Assembly (NCBI GenBank): GCA_963733095.1
Contig: CAVTBV010000005.1
Span: 1 to 64,000 of the forward strand
Source of the DNA: Candidatus Bathyarchaeota archaeon
GTDB lineage: Archaea; Thermoproteota; Bathyarchaeia; Bathyarchaeales; Bathycorpusculaceae
Reading direction: 5' to 3'
Length of the DNA: 64,000 nt
Shown: positions 61,115 through 64,000 of the stretch, piece by piece
How the letters are laid out: each line of letters begins with the position of its first letter
How positions within the stretch are numbered: the first letter of the stretch is position 1
Translations under genes and position numbers: made by a program
Notes under the pieces: model-generated
Seen by the model: only the letters and a program-made list of their open reading frames with translations
Databases searched by the model: none
What the model was told of the DNA's origin: nothing

Positions 61115-62167
61115 CTAACTTTTATCCGTGGGTTGCTGTTGACTAATACAGTGGATAGTGCCAAAACCATAAACCAGGTCAGCACAACGTATTCCGACCA
61201 CTTTCCGCGTTGGGAACTGTTCCTGCAGAATAGCAAGCGCTTTCACATCGTTTTCGTGGTCAAAAATCGGAACTAGAACCTTTTCGTTGCCGATGTAAAA
61301 GTTTGTGTAGCTTGCGGGAAGGCGGTATCCTTCGTCGCTGACTACTTTGGGCATGGGCAGCTTTACGATTTTTAGTTTTTTGCCATCTTGGTCCGTTGAT
61401 TGATTGAGGATTTCATAGTTTTCTTTTAAAACTTGGTAGTCGTCGTCGTTTTCGTCTTCTTGGTAGGCGCAGACAACGGTTGTAGGGTTGACGAATCGGG
61501 CTAAATCGTCGATGTGGCCGTCAGTGTCGTCGCCTAGAATTCCACATTTAAGCCAGATAAAATGTTTTACTCCAAGGTAATCGGAGAGGTATTTTTCGAT
61601 TTGTTTCTGGTCTAGGTTTGGGTTTCGGTTCTTGTTGAGAAGGCACTGCGCAGTCGTGAGCAAGGTTCCTTTGCCGTTAACGTCAATTGAGCCGCCCTCA
61701 AGCACGATGCCGGGCTTGAAACACCGCAGACCCATCGTTTGGTTGATGAAATCTGGAACCTGTTTGTCCTTTAGGAGGGTCTCATATTTTTCGCCCCAAG
61801 AGTTAAAGTTCCAATGCAACATAGCCAAATCATGGTTTGGGCTCTTGACAAATATAGGACCATAATCCCTAAACCAAACATCAGCGTAACCGAAAATGAA
61901 AAATGTAACTTTGGACGGGTCGATGTTTGCTTCTTTGAACATTTGGGTTGCTTTTTGTTTTGTCTGTTCATCTTTCACAAAGAGGTTAACGCGTTCGCCT
62001 TCATGGATTTCCTTGACAATCTGTACGTAGGTCTCTTCTACCTTTTCAACGCGGTCGGGGAAAGTCGTTGGATCGTAAGGCCATGCTAGCCAGATGGCGT
62101 CGTGTTTTTGCCATTCCGCAGGCATAATGTAGCCTTGTTCACGACAGGTTTTAGCCTGACTACTCAC
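61115..62167 (-). CDS. aguA: Agmatine deiminase
   Basis: MPAEW, WFRDYGP, LEGGS, DTDGHID, GTIHCISQQ; start probably GTG 62167. Confidence 0.95.
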   Translation of the reverse strand: MSSQAKTCREQGYIMPAEWQKHDAIWLAWPYDPTTFPDRVEKVEETYVQIVKEIHEGERVNLFVKDEQTKQKATQMFKEANIDPSKVTFFIFGYADVWFRDYGPIFVKSPNHDLAMLHWNFNSWGEKYETLLKDKQVPDFINQTMGLRCFKPGIVLEGGSIDVNGKGTLLTTAQCLLNKNRNPNLDQKQIEKYLSDYLGVKHFIWLKCGILGDDTDGHIDDLARFVNPTTVVCAYQEDENDDDYQVLKENYEILNQSTDQDGKKLKIVKLPMPKVVSDEGYRLPASYTNFYIGNEKVLVPIFDHENDVKALAILQEQFPTRKVVGIRCADLVYGFGTIHCISQQQPTDKS

Positions 62168-63107
62168 TGCTTGCGCCTCCGTTTTTAGCTTCTGTGATGA
62201 GCTTGTATGTGTTGGGGCAACGGTTCCTAAGAAAACCCCATCCATCCTTAATTCGCTTATTCTTGCTTAAGTCAACTTGCACGATTACAACTTCTTCTTT
62301 TGTGGTGCTTGCTTCCGCGAGAACTTTACCAAATGAGTCACATACAAATGAGCCGCCCCAAAACTCCAATTCACCTTCCACACCCACGCGATTAACTGCG
62401 GCAACGTGAACTCCATTAGCTATAGCGTGGGCACGTTGAACTGTTTTCCAAGCGTCATACCAATCACCATCTTCAGAAGTGTAACCGCATACATAACCAA
62501 TCGCTGTAGGATAGAAGATGATTTCTGCGCCCTTTAACGCGTTAATTCGGGCAGGTTCAGGGAACCATTGGTCATAGCAAATAAGCACACCGATGCACCC
62601 AAAGGTAGTCTCAAAAACTCTGTAGTCGGAGTTTCCCTCTGCGAAATAGTCTTTTTCGTAGAAGTAGGGGTCTTGGGGTATGTGGGCTTTACGGTAAGTG
62701 CCAATGATTTGGCCGCTTGGGTTGATTACGGCGGCTGAGTTGTAGAATTTGCCGTTTTGAGCTTTTTCAAATAGGGGCGCGATGATGACCACTTTGTGTT
62801 TCTTTGCCAGTTTTGAAAACAGGTTTGTGGATTCTCCAGGAATCGACTCCGCTAAATAACGAACGTCTTGGTTCTCTCTTTGTGGAAAATAGGTTGTCCG
62901 GTATAGTTCTTGGAGACATACTATTTGGGCACCTTTCTGTGCGGCTTCCTCAATTTTTTCCGCGATTTTTTTCATGTTTTCAGTTACATTTTCTGCGACT
63001 GATGTTTGGATAAGCCCAATCGTGACTGTTTTTTCAGTTGCCTTCTTTGTTGCAGATGTCTGGTCGGGTTTGTCGGCGGGTATCTGGTTATCCATCCTTG
63101 TTTTCAA
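62160..63107 (-). CDS. aguB: Nitrilase-family amidase, likely N-carbamoylputrescine amidase
   Basis: LQEL, YRKAHIP, ICYDQWFPE triad; adjacent to aguA. Confidence 0.9.
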   Translation of the reverse strand: MKTRMDNQIPADKPDQTSATKKATEKTVTIGLIQTSVAENVTENMKKIAEKIEEAAQKGAQIVCLQELYRTTYFPQRENQDVRYLAESIPGESTNLFSKLAKKHKVVIIAPLFEKAQNGKFYNSAAVINPSGQIIGTYRKAHIPQDPYFYEKDYFAEGNSDYRVFETTFGCIGVLICYDQWFPEPARINALKGAEIIFYPTAIGYVCGYTSEDGDWYDAWKTVQRAHAIANGVHVAAVNRVGVEGELEFWGGSFVCDSFGKVLAEASTTKEEVVIVQVDLSKNKRIKDGWGFLRNRCPNTYKLITEAKNGGASSE

Positions 63108-63434
63108 ATGATTTGTGTGCTGTTCGTATTAACTTTTTTGAAATCTAAAAGAAAAACCAACCTGAAACTATGGCTCCTCTTCGATTCTTCCCCTCAAATA
63201 CAGAGAGCAAACCCTATCGGATAAAATCAATTCTTTCATTTACTCTGCTGATTCTTGTCTGTTTGACTCAATAAGTTTATATCGCATGTAGGGTCGTTTT
63301 GACGGCAAAATAAGCAAACTCGATAGCATCAGCATGCCAGCGGTTCGAACAAAATCGAACCCTACTCGCCAAGCTTCCAAATAATATCAGCTATCAAACT
63401 TGCCTAAGAAACGAGAAAGGACTCTGAAACATCA

Positions 63435-64000
63435 TTGCATATAGGCAAAGCAACTTTATCCTCCAATGAAATTGGGTACCTTAGAAAATGGGTTCCCATC
63501 GCTATCTTAATAGGAGTAATCAGCGGAGTAGGTGCCCTATTATTCGATGCCGCAATCAACTTCTTCAGCAGTATACTTCTGGGCAATGTAGTCGGTTACC
63601 AACCGCCCACTCCGATAGGCGAAGGTGCGCTGTTGCCTTCACTTTCGTTTAACCCATACCTGCTCGTGCTCATAACAACTTTAGGCGGACTTCTCAGCGG
63701 AATCATAGTCTTTGGTTTAGCACCTGAGGCCGAAGGCCACGGAACAGACTCAGCCATAGAAGCGTTCCACCATAAAAAAGGGGCAATTCGTTCAAGAATT
63801 CCCATAGTTAAACTTTTGGCATCCGCTATAACCATCGGTTCAGGAGGAAGCGCAGGCAGAGAAGGCCCCACCGCGCAAATGGCGGCTGGTTTTGGTTCAC
63901 TTTTGGGCAAAGTTATGCATTTAAGTAATCGTGACCGACGAATCGCACTCGCAGTCGGCATCGGGGCAGGTATAGGTTCAATTTTCAAAGCACCTTTCGG
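63435..64000 (+). CDS. ClC chloride channel, runs off window end
   Basis: APEAEGHGTD, GGSAGREGP, GAGIGSIFKAP in a + frame. Confidence 0.92.
   Translation, partial: MHIGKATLSSNEIGYLRKWVPIAILIGVISGVGALLFDAAINFFSSILLGNVVGYQPPTPIGEGALLPSLSFNPYLLVLITTLGGLLSGIIVFGLAPEAEGHGTDSAIEAFHHKKGAIRSRIPIVKLLASAITIGSGGSAGREGPTAQMAAGFGSLLGKVMHLSNRDRRIALAVGIGAGIGSIFKAPF

Noticed and set aside
63596-63988. Minus-strand ORF and similar antisense ORFs across the window
   Set aside because: Shadows of well-supported genes on the opposite strand, here ClC

Overview
Archaeal chromosomal window; gene content (eL38, TBP, TFB, TFS, pelota, Tsr3, PolB2 operon, wHTH-NrdD fusion, many C-terminally anchored surface proteins) suggests a TACK archaeon, most likely Bathyarchaeia (inference). 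Positions 1-12.4 kb are the right part of an integrative element or provirus inserted at the 3' end of tRNA-Phe. It has an intact zinc-ribbon tyrosine integrase, a primase-polymerase/helicase gene with an internal hairpin, a second atypical tyrosine recombinase behind a highly structured RNA leader, a toxin-antitoxin remnant and many Cys-rich micro-ORFs, and it carries many frameshifts. Positions 19.8-32 kb hold five long, gene-free AT-rich spacers sharing two asymmetric motif families (five copies of a ~30-bp motif; three copies of TCGAA-N6-CGAACCTTATATA-NN-CAT) that I did not see elsewhere in the window. This is the best candidate for an undescribed chromosomal cis-acting system. Positions 40.4-47.9 kb are an accessory island with an extra TFB, an inactive RadA-like gene and PolB2. 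The rest is housekeeping and transport, including a catalytically dead class III RNR fused to a DNA-binding domain, an HgcC-like/arsM pair and an agmatine deiminase pathway. No CRISPR array, rRNA or reverse transcriptase was seen. All calls are by-eye motif recognition without database searches.
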